DNA of 64,000 nt from the NCBI RefSeq assembly GCF_000143415.4, contig NW_003314354.1, positions 162,575 through 226,574 of the forward strand, written 5' to 3'. The translations under genes and the position numbers were made by a program. The notes beneath the pieces were generated by a model. It was not told the origin of the DNA. It was given only the letters and a program-made list of their open reading frames with translations, and searched no databases. This DNA is from Selaginella moellendorffii. Its lineage: Eukaryota > Plantae > Lycopodiophyta. Positions 48,616 to 61,467 of the stretch are shown in pieces (within the stretch, counting starts at the first letter, position 1; each line of letters begins with the position of its first letter).

Positions 48616-51495
48616 TCAGGAGTGATGTTGGTGATGTTGCTGGCCTTCCAGTGGCTCCGGGAAGATCTCGCTCGACCCAGGCCTCCGGTGGTGGTGACCA
48701 TGGTCTTGGAAAGATCCCTGGGAATGGGAATGCTTCCGGATGCTCGACGCTCCTCCGTAATGATCGGGTTGCAAGCTCTCCTCCTTGAGAGTCGCCGGGA
48801 TCACCGTCTCCGACGAGCTGTGCCTCCAGCTCCCAAACAGGGAGCCATTCCAGGAGCTATGCGAGGATCTCCTCAGCGAGGCTGTGAAGTTCTCCTCCCT
48901 CACCACTCGCTGTGGGTTCTCCAGAGCTTTGAGAACTTGGCGGATCGCTGGCCGCCTGGATGGCTTTGGATTGAGGCACATCTTGGCGACGATCGCCACT
49001 GCCCATACTTCCTCCAGGAGATCATCGTCGACGAGCAGCGACGAGTCCACGATCTTGCTCAAGTTCTCCTTTTCGTGCCGGTCGATGAGCGGGAGTATGG
49101 TTTCCACCCACGTATCAGCGCCGGGATCCATGGTTCCACTTATTCCGAGCTTTCCAGAGACGAGTTCGAGGAGGACTTTGCCAAAGCAGTAGACGTCGTA
49201 AGCACACGATGCCACTGGAGAATCTACACGGAAAAACAAACAACGTTTGAGCAAGAAACTAGAACAAAGTTTGTAAAGTTTGTGTTTGTACCTGGGTCTT
49301 GCTCGGAAGTCCTGGTTACAAGCGAAAAGACATCACTTTTTGTCAGCCAATTTACGAAAGAATGAAACCAAGCAAGAGGAAACTTACTGTGATCTGCTGC
49401 GAAGAAAACGCATGATAAGATTTGGATGAACTCCTCCATCTTGAATCCGAGCCTCGCTCAAGCTTCCAAGCCTCACTTCAAACTTGTCATCGAGAAGAAT
49501 GCTGGTAGCCTTGATATCCCTGCGATCACCAGCAAGAACATTAGCAAGCAAAGCGAAAACTTCTCCCAAGTACCTGTGGACGAGCGCTGGCGAGCACTCG
49601 TGGTGGAGATAACTCAATCCCTCGGCAGCACCGATCGCGATCTTCAGCCGGGTGATCCAGTCGAGCGATTGCAAGATATCTTTCGGCGGACTCGGGACGA
49701 TCTTCCGATGCAAAGCGCGCGCGAGATCTCCGTGTTGCATGTACTTGTACACCAAAAACTTCTCATTTTCCCGCTCCAGACAGTGGCCGAGAAGAGGCAC
49801 CAGCCTCGTGTGCGATGCCTTGCTGAAAAACTCGAGCTCGGACAGCAAGAAATCCTTCTTGAGCGAAGTTACGTCCACCCTCTTGACCACGACGAGCAAG
49901 CCACCGTCCAGGATACCGCGGTAGAGGTCGCCGGTGTGACCAGCCTTGATCAAGTTAACCGGGTTGAAGTCCTGGGTGGAACGCTGGAGCTGCGCGAAGC
50001 TAAACGCCTCACCGATGCATGCGAGGTTTACCGTGACGTTGGCTTGCTCTTGGTCGTGGTGTCGCATGGAGCCGCCGGTTTGCTGCGATCCACGATCGTC
50101 TTTGGACGAGGAGCTCGATCTCCTCCGCCGCCGCTGGTCGCGGAGCTGGAACGCATGCACGATCGCCACCACCGCGATGATGAATCCAAAACTCCCGAGA
50201 ATTCCACCCAGGATCGCTGCTACGTGCTGCTTCTTGCTCTTCTTGTTGCTGCCCGCAAGCCTTCCTCCCAGTGACGATCCCACGATCGGCGTGGCGGTGG
50301 GAAGCATTCCAACTTCGCCGGAGAGTTCCAATCCCCTGGACGTGTAGAAGCGCTGGCAATCTTTCTGGTAGCGCTGCCTAGCCACATTCTCGAAGCAATT
50401 CCCGGCCAGCGCGGTCGTGTACGTGATCTCGTCTGGAACAGTGCCGTTTAGATAATCGCTCGAGAGGTCCAAGAACGCCATCGACTTGAGTGCCGTCAAC
50501 CCCTCCGGCAAGCTCCCATAGAACTCGTTGTGAGACAGAACCAGCGCCTCCATCCTGGCCAGCGACGAGAGCTCGCGAGGAAGGAACCCGGTCAAATTGT
50601 TGCGCGAGAGATCCATCTTCGTCAACCTCGCGAGCGATCCAATCCCGGCAGGGATCGTCCCGCCGAGAGAGTTCCGCGACAAGTCGAGAACTCGCAAGCT
50701 CGCCAGCTTTCCCAGCTCCGGCGGGAGCGAGCTATTGATCCTGTTGCTGGAGAGATCCAAAACCTCAATTCGCTCAAACCATGGCTGCGATCCATTAACG
50801 CCGCCACTATCGCCACTACCCAGCCGAGGAAGCTCGTCCAAGAGATTCCTCGATACGTCGAGAGTCACCAGCCTCCTCATCGCTTGGAACGATCCCGGGA
50901 TCCCACCGCTCAGCCCGTTGGACGACAGATTGAGCGCCTCGAGAGCGACCAAGTTGCCGAGACTGTACGGAAGACCCCCGGTTAAGTTGTTCCCGGACAA
51001 GGAGAGGAACTTGAGCTGGCGGAGCTGCCCGAGAGAATCCGGAATGGAGCCCTGCAAGCCGGAGCAAGACGAGAGATCGAGCACCTGGAGCTGGGAGAGC
51101 TCGCCGATCCAGTACGGAAGTAGACCCCGTGCATGGAAGCCCGACGCATTCAAGTAGCGGAGGAGTGGCAGGCTTCGAAGTGGATCCACCGAGAAGCTGG
51201 GCTGCGCCATCCCGGCCACTGTCCTCTTGAGCCCCGCAAGATGGATCCCCACGACCCGGCCTTGCTCATCGCATTGGATGCCACGCCACGACGAGCATGG
51301 ATCCTGTGCCGACTTTGGCCAGTAGAAGTTGCGGACCTGGAGCGAGTAGCGGAGATGGCGAAGAGCGAATGCGTCGCCCCTGGAGGAGATTTTGATATCG
51401 CCGCCGCCGCTGCTGCTCGAGTGGAGGGGCTCGATCGAAAGGAGCAGCGAGAGAGCGAGGAGGAGCTTCCCTCCTGGTGGTGCTCCCATGATCAT
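48616..51495 (-). CDS. LRR receptor-like kinase, At2g16250-like, atypical kinase domain
   Basis: Signal peptide, PCSSWRGIQC cap, LRRs, TM helix; kinase with GHTGDLYRG, RDIKATSILLDDKFEVRLGSLS, CAYDVYCFGKVLLEL. Confidence 0.92.
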
Positions 51496-52688
51496 CGGGA
51501 AGAGAGGAAGGGAGATTGGAGAGAATGGCGCTGGCTGGAATGGAAGCTTTGGTGTAGAAATCGTCTTAGAGCGCTGTGGTGGTGTTGTTTTTGTTTTTCC
51601 TGGCAGCGTTGCTTCTTCGTCTTCTCTCTTTCTCTGGAGGGAATGGAGCGACTGGGATCATCCATTGTCCGAATCAAAGTCGAGGCCTGGCGTGATCAAC
51701 ACCCGATTCCTGGGTGTTTTCGGTGCTGGAAAAAGAGAGAGACAAAGTTCCTGAGACCTACGGATTTGACACTCTAGAAGCTGTACGAGTAACAAAGCAA
51801 GAAACCACTTTCGCTTACCTCAAGTCGAGAGCGATTGGAGCAAGAACCCTAGGCAGCAGCGCCATCGCGAATCAGAACCAAGGAGGGAGTGCTCTGATGG
51901 TACAATGACTATGCCTCAATGAATGAGGCGAGGAGCAAACAAGCCATGAAGAACAACAACAAAGAGGAAGGAGGAGAAGATCACGAAAAAGAAAAGTGTC
52001 ACGAAATCAGGAAATAATATGGGATTGATTTGAACGTTTTTATACCGTTGGCACTTAAAATCTAGTGAGATGATTGATTGGGTTGTGTGTGTGCGTGCCT
52101 TCTGGCAAAAACTGTACTCGCCGCATTAAATTCCTGGAGAATTCCAGCAAGCAAACGCGCCCCAAGCCACCACCACCACCCTGGATCCAGAAAATCCCCC
52201 AAAAACAAAGCTTTCTTTCGAGCTATGTCTTGATCCTGGACTGGACCGAAGGTGACCCAAGGGTAATTCTCTTGTTTGCTTGCTTGCTTGCGAGTTCTTT
52301 GGATTTTCAAGTTATGGATGGAGGGAAAACTGTTTGCTTGCTTGCTCGATCGATCGGTTGTCCTTGCGTGAGAATTAAATTCGTGGAGCAAGGTTGCAGC
52401 GCAGCAGGGGCAGTCCGTGAGAGGCGCGAGAGACCACGTTAAAAATCCCGTGCAACAAGTTATAAGTTTGTAGACACTTCCTCTGGCGCACGATGGCGAC
52501 TCCCATGTGAGCACCTCTTTATTACACCACCCTCCTTCTTTTAGGGTTCTTCCCAGGAGCCCTAATTTCGGCCACCCGGGATCGAACCCGGGTCGATGTC
52601 ACGCAAATTTGGTTTACCACCTAACAGTGTTAAGATTGTACGAATGTACGGAGGGCTTTTGCCCTAGCTGCCGAGCTCCAAGAGCTCG

Positions 52689-55600
52689 ATGGAAGATCGA
52701 TCTGCTGCCGACGCCGCCGTGATGGAGCGCGGCAAGAAGATCGGCAGCACTGGCGTCGGCGGCGGCGCGCTCGTCAGTGGCAGCGGCAAACGCGCATTCG
52801 GCACTGTTCTTGCGGCGCTCATCCTGTGCCTCATCGGGATCATGGCATTCTCGATCCGCCTCTTCTCGGTGAGTGGGATGGATATTTCGCGGAGAATGAG
52901 CTCGCATTGCAGGTTATCAAGTACGAGAGTGTCATCCACGAATTCGATCCGTATTTTAACTATCGGGTCACGAAGGTCTGCGATCTTAGAGTTTGAAGGC
53001 TCAAAATCTAGAACTTTTTCTTGCGTTTCTGTCTTTTAGTACCTTACAAAGGCTGGAATCTACGAGTTTTGGAACTGGTTTGACGATCGGACTTGGTAAA
53101 GCTTCGGTTGTTCGTATAAGTTGTGTGTGTGTGATAAAAGATGGAAATTCATACAGGTATCCACTTGGCCGTGTCATAGGCGGCACAGTGTACCCCGGGC
53201 TCACGATAACAGCGGGAACAATGTGGTGGTATGTGTTTTTGTTTCTGCGTTCCTAAACTTTGGCTTGTTTGTTTTCTCTCTGACGCTTGATGTAATTTGC
53301 AGGATCTTAAACGCATTCAACATCCCTCTGTCTGTTGAGACAGTCTGTGTGTTCACGGCTCCCATTTTCTCATCGTTTGCGGCATGGGCGACATACTTGC
53401 TAACTAGCGTACATGAAATTTATTTTGTCACTGCCTGGTCTGATATGCTCTTGAACTTGCAGGAAGTCAAAGGACGAGGTGCTGGCCTAACAGCTGCTGC
53501 ACTTCTCGCAATGGTAAGGAACAGGAATTTGTCTTGTCTTGTTTTCTTATTCTATTTCACGCTGTAATTATTCCAGGTCCCGTCCTACATCTCTCGGTCT
53601 GTAGCGGGAAGTTATGACAATGAAGCAGTTGCTATCTTTGCTTTGATATTCACATTTTACCTTTACGTTAAGGTGAGCTCTCTTGCTACCGGTTTCTCGA
53701 GTGTTTCTCATTTGTACTCTGTCCAGACGCTGAATACAGGATCTCTTTTCTATGCAACGCTCAATGCCCTTGCCTATTTCTACATGGTACTCTTTTGTAT
53801 GTTTATAAATCTGATTCAGCTTTGCTCTCGTTCTCAGGTTTGTTCCTGGGGAGGTTATACGTTTATCATCAATTTGATTCCGATGCATGTCCTCCTATGT
53901 ATTGTGACTGGGAGATACTCATCACGGTTGTATATAGCATATGCACCTTTGGCAAGTATACTTTTTTGAGTTTTGCTTCAGAGCATAACAGTATAAAGCT
54001 TCTTCAGGTTATACTCGGAACACTTCTGGCCGCCTTGGTTCCTGTTGTTGGCTTCAACGCTGTTATGACGTCTGAGCATTTTGCGTCCTTCTTGGTACAT
54101 ACTTTTGCCGAACTTGACGCATGACATTGTCGTTACTATCAGGTTTTTGTAATTATCCACGTAGCAGCTCTTGCACACTACATTAAACGAGTACTAAGCC
54201 CCAAACAATATAGCACAGCGGTGTCATTTGTTATCACTTTTGGCATGTATGAGCGTGCCATTTGAGTTTCTACTTTTATTCAATGGTTTTGGTTTTCAGG
54301 GCGGGAGCTGCTGCTTTAATAGCAATACTGGCCGCAATGGTAGCTGCGAGTCCCACGAAAGGCTGGAGTGGGAGAAGCTTGAGTCTACTTGATCCGTAAG
54401 CTTTTACCTTGTTTCCTAAAGGTCGGTGGTAATGTTTTTTCTTTTTCTGACGCAGGACTTATGCGAGCAAGTACATTCCTATAATAGCCAGTGTCAGTGA
54501 ACATCAGCCGCCGACATGGCCATCCTACTTTATGGATATCAATGTGCTCGCTTTTCTCGTTCCAGCTGGTATTATCGTAAGTTCGTTTACATGTTGTGAA
54601 GATTTGTTTTTCTGAAGTTGTGATTAATAGGCATGCTTTCTTCCTCTTTCCGACTCGAGCTCGTTCGTCGTGCTGTACCTGGTGACTTCAGTCTACTTTT
54701 CTGGTGTCATGGTTAGTAAAATATTCCAATCTTCCGGAATATCTAACGACTGTGTGTGTAAAGGTGCGGCTGATGCTTGTGCTGGCTCCAGCAGCTTGTG
54801 TTCTATCAGGAATTGCCTTGTCGGAAGCATTCGCCGTCCTCACTAGATCGATCAAATATCAAGACTTATCGGAGGCAAGTTTACTGTTTTCGTTTCCACG
54901 TTCTAAAGTCCATCGAATTTTTATTGTAGAGCGCTGCAGTAGACAACACTGCAACACTGAACAGCACGAATGAAAACGAAGCTAGCGTTAAGGAAGTGAA
55001 GGACAAGGCGCCGAAGAGAGGCAAAAAGAAAACTGTGGAGAAAGAAGTGGAGAAAAAGCGAAAGAGGCTTCTTGGCTTGCCCATGGAAGCATCTGCCGTG
55101 GGCATTCTTCTTCTCCTTATAATGGGGAGTTTCTATGTGGTATGTCTACTTTTCTTGTTTGTCCTGTATATGGTTTTAACACTGGCAAGTATAGGTGCAT
55201 TGTGTTTGGGCTGCAGCAGAAGCATACTCTGCGCCGTCAATAGTTCTGACATCACAGACTCCTGACGGTGGTTTACACGTTTTTGACGACTTCCGTGAAG
55301 CATATGCCTGGCTCAACCACAATACGGGCGAGGATGACAAGGTCTGTTTGTGGCACATGTATTCCCTGCTAAAGATTCATTAAACACTGAAGGTGGCGTC
55401 GTGGTGGGATTATGGCTATCAAACGACAGCAATGGCAAACAGGACTGTCATTGTAGACAACAACACATGGAACAATACGCACATAGCCACCGTGGGAACA
55501 GCAATGTCTTCACCGGAGCGACAAGCTTGGGAGATTTTCCAGTCACTGGATGTCAAATACGTCTTCGTGATTTTCGGAGGTGCTTGATTTTCCTGCTTGA

Positions 55601-56238
55601 TTCGTTGATAGCTGATGGTTTGAACAGGTCTGGTGGGATATCCAAGCGATGATATCAACAAGTTTTTGTGGATGGTGCGGATAGGGGGAGGGGTTTTCCC
55701 GCATATTAGGGAGCCTGACTATCTCGTAAGCATCCTCTCTCGTTGATTTTTAACTCTATCGAGTTCTCGATTTGCAGAGAGATGGTCATTACCGCATTGA
55801 CTCTCAGGCAACGCCAACGATGCTAAACTGTCTCATGTATAAGCTCTCGTACTACCGGTATGGATTCCTTCAGTTTTAGATACCGTGTTTCTCTGACGGA
55901 GATGACAATACAGATTTGCGGAGGCGGATGGTAAAGGATACGATAGAGTAAGAAGAACCGAGATTGGGAAGAAGTACTTCAAGCTGAACTACTTCGAGGA
56001 GGTAGAAAACTTTCGTGAAGCTGTGATCTTCTCCCGCATTGATTTCACATGATTTCACAATCATTATTTCAGGTGTTCACGACGCAACACTGGATGGTGC
56101 GCATCTACAAGCTCAAACCTCCTCGGAACCTCGTGTCTGCTGTCAAGTCCAAGAAAAGGTTCTTATGATTTCTCTTCGCTGTTCCCATCGTGTGAATTTC
56201 TCTCTTGCAGGACGCAAAAGAAGAAGACAACACGCTGA
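52689..56238 (+). CDS. STT3A: Oligosaccharyltransferase catalytic subunit STT3A, many short introns
   Basis: [63 protein letters not shown]. Confidence 0.96.
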
Positions 56239-56599
56239 AATAAGTAGAGGAGCGAATTTTTGCAGGCAAAGACTTTGGAAACTAAATCTAAACTTGAATC
56301 AGCTAATTTATCCATACTCCACTCTCCCATGATGGTGATTTGGAACTTCTTTGCAAAAGAAGATCTGATGATCACGTCTCAAGCAATAGTGTTCGCTACT
56401 TTTCAACAGATTCTCGAGCTCTCTTTCTCAATCTTTCGCAATGAGAAAATTTCTTGTTTACAGTCCCTTACAACCCACCCACTTTTGCAGTTGAGTCTGG
56501 TAGCCCTTGATCAAAGCCCTGTTGTTGACATCCTTAACATTCTTTCACTGCATTCTGAGTGATTCGTTTCTGATATTGTTTCCTTTTTACACACTTTAG

Positions 56600-58259
56600 T
56601 CAGCGCGTTTCCAAATCTGGGCTCAGTAACTGAGGGCTTAGTCGCAAGAAAGGGGCGTTACACGCCAAGGAACTCAACAATAGAGAAGTTGTTACAACTC
56701 GTTCAGCAGAGAGGTGCCGTCCTGATACAGGCTCCGCCTCATAGCGGAAAGACGTCTTTCCTGCAGTTGGCATATTGGAGAGCACAAGGCTCGCCAAACT
56801 GGGAAGCTGTTTATTTTATCAATCTTGCTACCGTCAGTGACACAATAAGCTTCGGGTTAAGGTGATGGATCTCCTTGACCCAGGTGGTCCGAAGAGGCTT
56901 CTTATAGTTGACGAAGCCCGGGCTGCATTTGGCCGTGACTTGTTGTTATGGAAAACTCTGAAACAAATGCAAGGGTTATTATGGGTACTTGAACATAATT
57001 CTTTCGTCAGGATGAAACTTATCTCCTCATGAGTTTTATGCTTATAAATTGCTTCTCAGGTGATCATGGTCTTTCTTTGCAATTCAGTGATGAGGAGGCA
57101 GTAGACCTATGGTTAGTGTGGATGCAGTACTACAGATTCCTAGACCTTGGTGATGAATTACAAGATTGGATTGCCAGGAATAATGGCGGAAAATTTGGAT
57201 TGGATCGGACACTATTGCGACGAAAAGGCCGAGCAAGCTAAGTGAGTAATTCATCCATAGGCTGCAGACGATCGATCTCACTATCATTTTTGCCAATTGT
57301 CGGAGCATACAATCGTAAGCTGTGCCGTGTCTTGAAGTTTGCAATAGTCTGACAGGTTATACAGGCTGTACCACAAACTTGATAGTCCCTCCGGTGTTTA
57401 TCATCTCTTAATAACGTGCTTACTTGCGAATCTCGAGGTATGCATTCACTTGGTAGATCTTTATGTGTTGGACATGTCCTTGGAGTTGTAGGTGTCGCAT
57501 GATTTGCTTTCACAAGAAATGAAACACGCTGTGGATGAGCTACTTCTGCATGGCCAGCTTATGAAGAATCATTGGGGAAATTGCTGGTTGCTTTCTAGAG
57601 TGCACGAACGTTATTTCACCAGGCTCATCTTCAAGGGTATACATGGGAATCAAGCTGTTCCTTGTCAAAGTTTTGGAGCGCTTCTCATCGAAGGTGTTAC
57701 GAAACAGCTTGTCACGGGGTCGAGCAGATGAGGCGTACGAGCGCGATCTGATAAATGAGTTCTGCAGGTGTGTGATTTGGATCTCTTCCTTTTGTGACAG
57801 CAATGTGTTGCAGGTCAGTATGCTTCTTGCTTGAGCCTGGCATCTGGCCATGTCCCGATGTGGGACCTTGTTCCGGTCTCAAAGGCTTAGTTGATTACTA
57901 TTTGGCACAGTTTTGCTGGTATTTTGAATTGATGAGGAAGGGTACACAGATCACAAGACGTTCGCATCTTGAGAGGTAATTAGATGCATTTTCTTGTTTG
58001 TTTTACTAATATACTTTCTTTATGTTCCAGATTCAGTTAGAACGGCCGGTGTTGGCTCCTGTTTTCTGCTGGACCTTTCAAGGCTTATGTTGTAATTGAT
58101 ATTTCGAATGAGTTTGAATTTTTGGATAACAAGCCGGATGAATATAGAACAGACTTGGTTGCAGTTGCATTTTCTTCTGACTTCAAAACAAATATTACGG
58201 TGCTCCAGGTGCTGGCGCTGGTAAAAGACCGATCGATCTTTCTCGGTGATCTGGATTGA
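56600..58259 (+). pseudogene. Decayed, apparently intron-containing P-loop NTPase + restriction-endonuclease-fold (Crinkler-type) gene
   Basis: Walker A QAPPHSGKTS (56731), Walker B LLIVDEA, C-terminal ERDLINEFCR..PDVG..GLVDYY..WYFELMR; stops and frameshifts. Confidence 0.7.
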
Positions 58260-58635
58260 TCGTCTTTCTTAGTCCGCTTGGTGTTCTTGGAGGTGGTTCG
58301 ACATTTTTTTAATTTGAGAGATTGCACAATCTTTGAGGGTGGAGCTTGGTGTTCCAATCACACATCTTGTGCCAAGCGCGCGAACCTCGCTCGGCTCCTC
58401 CAATCTCATGGATAGACAGACGCTGTTTTTCGGGATTCTCAGCAATTCGGCTCAAGAATTTCCCGCGTTGTGGATTGGACTTTTACAAGTACTTGATGGA
58501 ACATCTTTTGTTCAGAGAAGATTTGAGCAAGGGTATGATCAACGCTGAGATGGTTTGTCCGGTTTTTTCTTCGTTTTCGATTCCAATGCACGAGCTCTAA
58601 GGAGCTTATCCATCTCATTTCATCCTGCCTTCCTC

Positions 58636-59271
58636 CTACGAAAGTTCTAAGATTTCTCTTGCCAGATTCGCTCTCGCCTCTCGCTCAAACCCGGCGTGGA
58701 AGAAATCCGTCCAGAAGAGGCGCTCTCGCTCCAGAAATCGCTTGAGCACGCCGGCTCTCTTCTCGCGATACACGCTCTCGGGAACCCACGAGTACTCGCT
58801 CCGGATGCCCTCCTTGTACGCGTCGTATTCCTCCTTCCCGCGTCCCAGGATGGACAGATCGATGTCCACCACCAGCCTCTCCGCCTGATCGCCAGCTCCA
58901 GTGTGGTCCACCGTCGCCAGGATCATCTTCTCAATCCTCTCCCGCGCGCTCGCCTCCATCCCTCGCGACAAGTCCACGAACAGCGCCGCGCTCTCGGCCT
59001 CGTTGCTGCTCGATTTGGGGTCGTAGATCGCGTCGTGGAACCAGAGTGCCACGGCAACCTCGTCGAGCTGAGCACCCGTGAGTGCTGCTAAATCGGAGCT
59101 GCCGTCCTGGCGGAAATCGGCCAGCCGAGCCAAGCAATCGTGTATGTGATTCAAGCCGTGATACTTTCGAGCCGGATCCGAGTAGAGTTTCTCGAGAGTC
59201 CCATGCACGCTGCGAGCCTGCTGCTCATCCTGCCCGCTTACCCTCGTCCAAAGCGCGCAGAAGTCTGCCAT
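58636..59271 (-). CDS. HD-superfamily metal-dependent phosphohydrolase (COG4339-like), intronless
   Basis: RKYHGLNHI, ALWFHDAIYDP, NEAESA, ILATVDH, DIDLSILG, IRSEY..YREKRAGVLKRFL pattern. Confidence 0.88.
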   Translation of the reverse strand: MADFCALWTRVSGQDEQQARSVHGTLEKLYSDPARKYHGLNHIHDCLARLADFRQDGSSDLAALTGAQLDEVAVALWFHDAIYDPKSSSNEAESAALFVDLSRGMEASARERIEKMILATVDHTGAGDQAERLVVDIDLSILGRGKEEYDAYKEGIRSEYSWVPESVYREKRAGVLKRFLERERLFWTDFFHAGFEREARANLAREILELS

Positions 59272-59280
59272 AGCCGGAGC

Positions 59281-59310
59281 CCTAGAACCCTTTTCGCGCC
59301 TTTATATTGG
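59281..59310 (-). promoter_or_regulatory. Compact promoter of the HD gene: TATA-like (CCAATATAAA) and E2F-type site TTTCGCGC
   Basis: TTTTCGCGCC at 59291-59300 and TTTATATTGG at 59301-59310, 20-40 bp upstream of the ATG. Confidence 0.4.
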
Positions 59311-59400
59311 ATTTGATTAATTTTTGTATTTTATAGTTTACCAGGAGTCAAGTTTGGAAGTGAAGAGTACACTTCCATATGCCATTTTTCGCTCTTCTAT

Positions 59401-61350
59401 CTATCTATCATCAAACGAGATACGTCCTCTCCAATTCTTGAGGCGCACCACCTCCTCTCCTCTTTTGCCAGTTATGGTGACACTTGCTGTGCGCTCGCTG
59501 GGACGAAAGTTGACGGACATAAAAACGACCGAGTCACTAACAGGAACCACAGTGTGCTGTTGGTCATTGGGCCTGTCCATGCAGAAGTTGATGATGAAAA
59601 CCTGTGCTGAGTGCTGATCATGGTAAAGAAGCGCCCTCGTCACGTGCTCCGTTATCTGTCTCATGTTACCGCTCGCAACAAGCTCCACTGCAAACTTGGA
59701 GTTGGGACCGTCGCAAAATAGAGAGTCACAGCGCAGCTCAGACCACCTCTGATCTGGCACAATCTCCTCCTTGACTTCAGGTAGAATTGTCACTGGAATG
59801 CAAGGATAAGCACGTTTCAGGATGGCCTTCATCCTGCACAGGAAGAGGAACTGTTGCGCGTATTCGGATGGACCTGCTCCTCTAGCTCTTAAGCTCTCGG
59901 GCCTGCACATAACTTCTCCGTCCAGAGTCTTGATAGCCTGAAGAAGGAGCCACAAGCGGTCCAGTCGAGTAGCACAAGGAGGTGCATCCACGTCGTCGCA
60001 GAAGACGGTGCACCTACGGAGCATAGCAGTCCGAAGAAGAGGCGTTGAAATGCCTACATAATACCTTCCTGCCTCAGTTTCCTCATCATCAGCTGTAACC
60101 ACAGATGCTGCGAGCACCCCGTGTGCAATAAAATCGCGTAGTTGCACCAGCGTCTCGGGTCCGCAATATAGACCAGGAGTTTCCAGGTACCGCGTCAGCA
60201 GCTTACATGCCTCGGCATCTTGCTTCTGTTTCCGAATGAAAGCAAGAATCCTGTTGTACGTAGCCTGTCCGAATATGTAAGTTCCCAAACGATACGACTC
60301 TGCTCGCCGGAGCCAGCGCCTGAACGTCCAGAGCTCCTCCTGAACAAGGTATGCCAGGCAAGTGCCTGTAAGCCCCTTGTGACCGCCAGTCCACTGCATT
60401 ATCGACACTGCAATGCTCTCCACCTCGATGGCCACACTTGGACGATCCGCTGCTGCTTGGTGTAGCAGTTCCCTCACATGTTCCAGAGTGAACCTTGAGG
60501 ATGTCAAGACATGGTCGTGAGGAAAAGGAGTCAGCCGACTTGGAGTAGAACTTGGCATATGCGTGTCTGTCCTTAGTGCATCTGGAACACGCTTGTTGTA
60601 TCGTGCTTCAAGTAGATCCTTTACAGTCTCCACCCCAACAAGCAGAAAGCCATACAAGTTGTACGCATCCTTGTCGCTCTTGATGCTTCTGATGGTGACA
60701 AAGAACTCGTCCACGATGTCCGACGATATGTCCAGCAGAGAATCTGCCTCGTCGAGGACAACAGTCACCAGCGTCGGCAGCTTGCTCCTTGTGAAGAGCG
60801 ACTTGAAGACGAGAGATGTACATGGCACCTGCTGCTTGGGGAAGAGAGCTTGACACTTCAAGGTGAGGCTGTCGCAGATATAGCCCCAAAAGTCATGGCT
60901 GCTCCAACTCATCCTCGCACCCTCCAGTCCATCTAGGTAGACCACAGTCGCTTTGGACGTTAACATGAGCTCCCTCCGAGCTGCCAGCACCATTGTCGAC
61001 TTTCCACTCTGTCGAGGGCCACACAACGCGCAGGTCTTGCCCTGCGCCAGGTCGGATACCAGGTCGTCCACGTCCGGGGTGATATAGTAGTGCGCCTCTG
61101 GATCTACTGCATGCCCAGCTACAAACCGTCTCTTTGGAAGTGACTTAGTCCTAACCCGAACGCTGTAATCGACACCGGCAGCAAGCTTGGAGTCCCTCGG
61201 GAGAATTGCCTCCCCTGCCTTGGATTCCAGCAACAGTAGATCAGCGCTCGTTTCTGTCTCCCTCGAGATATGACCCAGCACCTCCTCCGCAGTCATGCCT
61301 GCTGAGAAAGCCCACCACTTTTGCGCGCCTTGCACACACGCAGCTTCCAT
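59401..61350 (-). CDS. Crinkler-type effector architecture: Ubl-like header + P-loop/AAA+ NTPase + PD-(D/E)xK-fold nuclease; single coding exon (649 aa)
   Basis: Walker A GPRQSGKST, Walker B VVLDEAD, WTGGHKGL; C-terminal SEYAQQ..PEVKE..RCD..FAVELVAS..EHVTRALLY. Confidence 0.75.
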   Translation of the reverse strand: MEAACVQGAQKWWAFSAGMTAEEVLGHISRETETSADLLLLESKAGEAILPRDSKLAAGVDYSVRVRTKSLPKRRFVAGHAVDPEAHYYITPDVDDLVSDLAQGKTCALCGPRQSGKSTMVLAARRELMLTSKATVVYLDGLEGARMSWSSHDFWGYICDSLTLKCQALFPKQQVPCTSLVFKSLFTRSKLPTLVTVVLDEADSLLDISSDIVDEFFVTIRSIKSDKDAYNLYGFLLVGVETVKDLLEARYNKRVPDALRTDTHMPSSTPSRLTPFPHDHVLTSSRFTLEHVRELLHQAAADRPSVAIEVESIAVSIMQWTGGHKGLTGTCLAYLVQEELWTFRRWLRRAESYRLGTYIFGQATYNRILAFIRKQKQDAEACKLLTRYLETPGLYCGPETLVQLRDFIAHGVLAASVVTADDEETEAGRYYVGISTPLLRTAMLRRCTVFCDDVDAPPCATRLDRLWLLLQAIKTLDGEVMCRPESLRARGAGPSEYAQQFLFLCRMKAILKRAYPCIPVTILPEVKEEIVPDQRWSELRCDSLFCDGPNSKFAVELVASGNMRQITEHVTRALLYHDQHSAQVFIINFCMDRPNDQQHTVVPVSDSVVFMSVNFRPSERTASVTITGKRGEEVVRLKNWRGRISFDDR

Positions 61351-61467
61351 TTCTCCTCGACCAACCCACCACCTTTTTGATACCCTACATGAGAGGCAAA
61401 AGAAAAGGCAAAAACATATTTTGGATCTTCTTTCTGTGCTCAATTGTTGTTTCGAGTTTTGTTGCTC

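Noticed and set aside
49440-49530. Missing DFG motif in the LRR-RLK as a novelty
   Set aside because: The VRLGSLS replacement is, as I recall, characteristic of the At2g16250-like subfamily.
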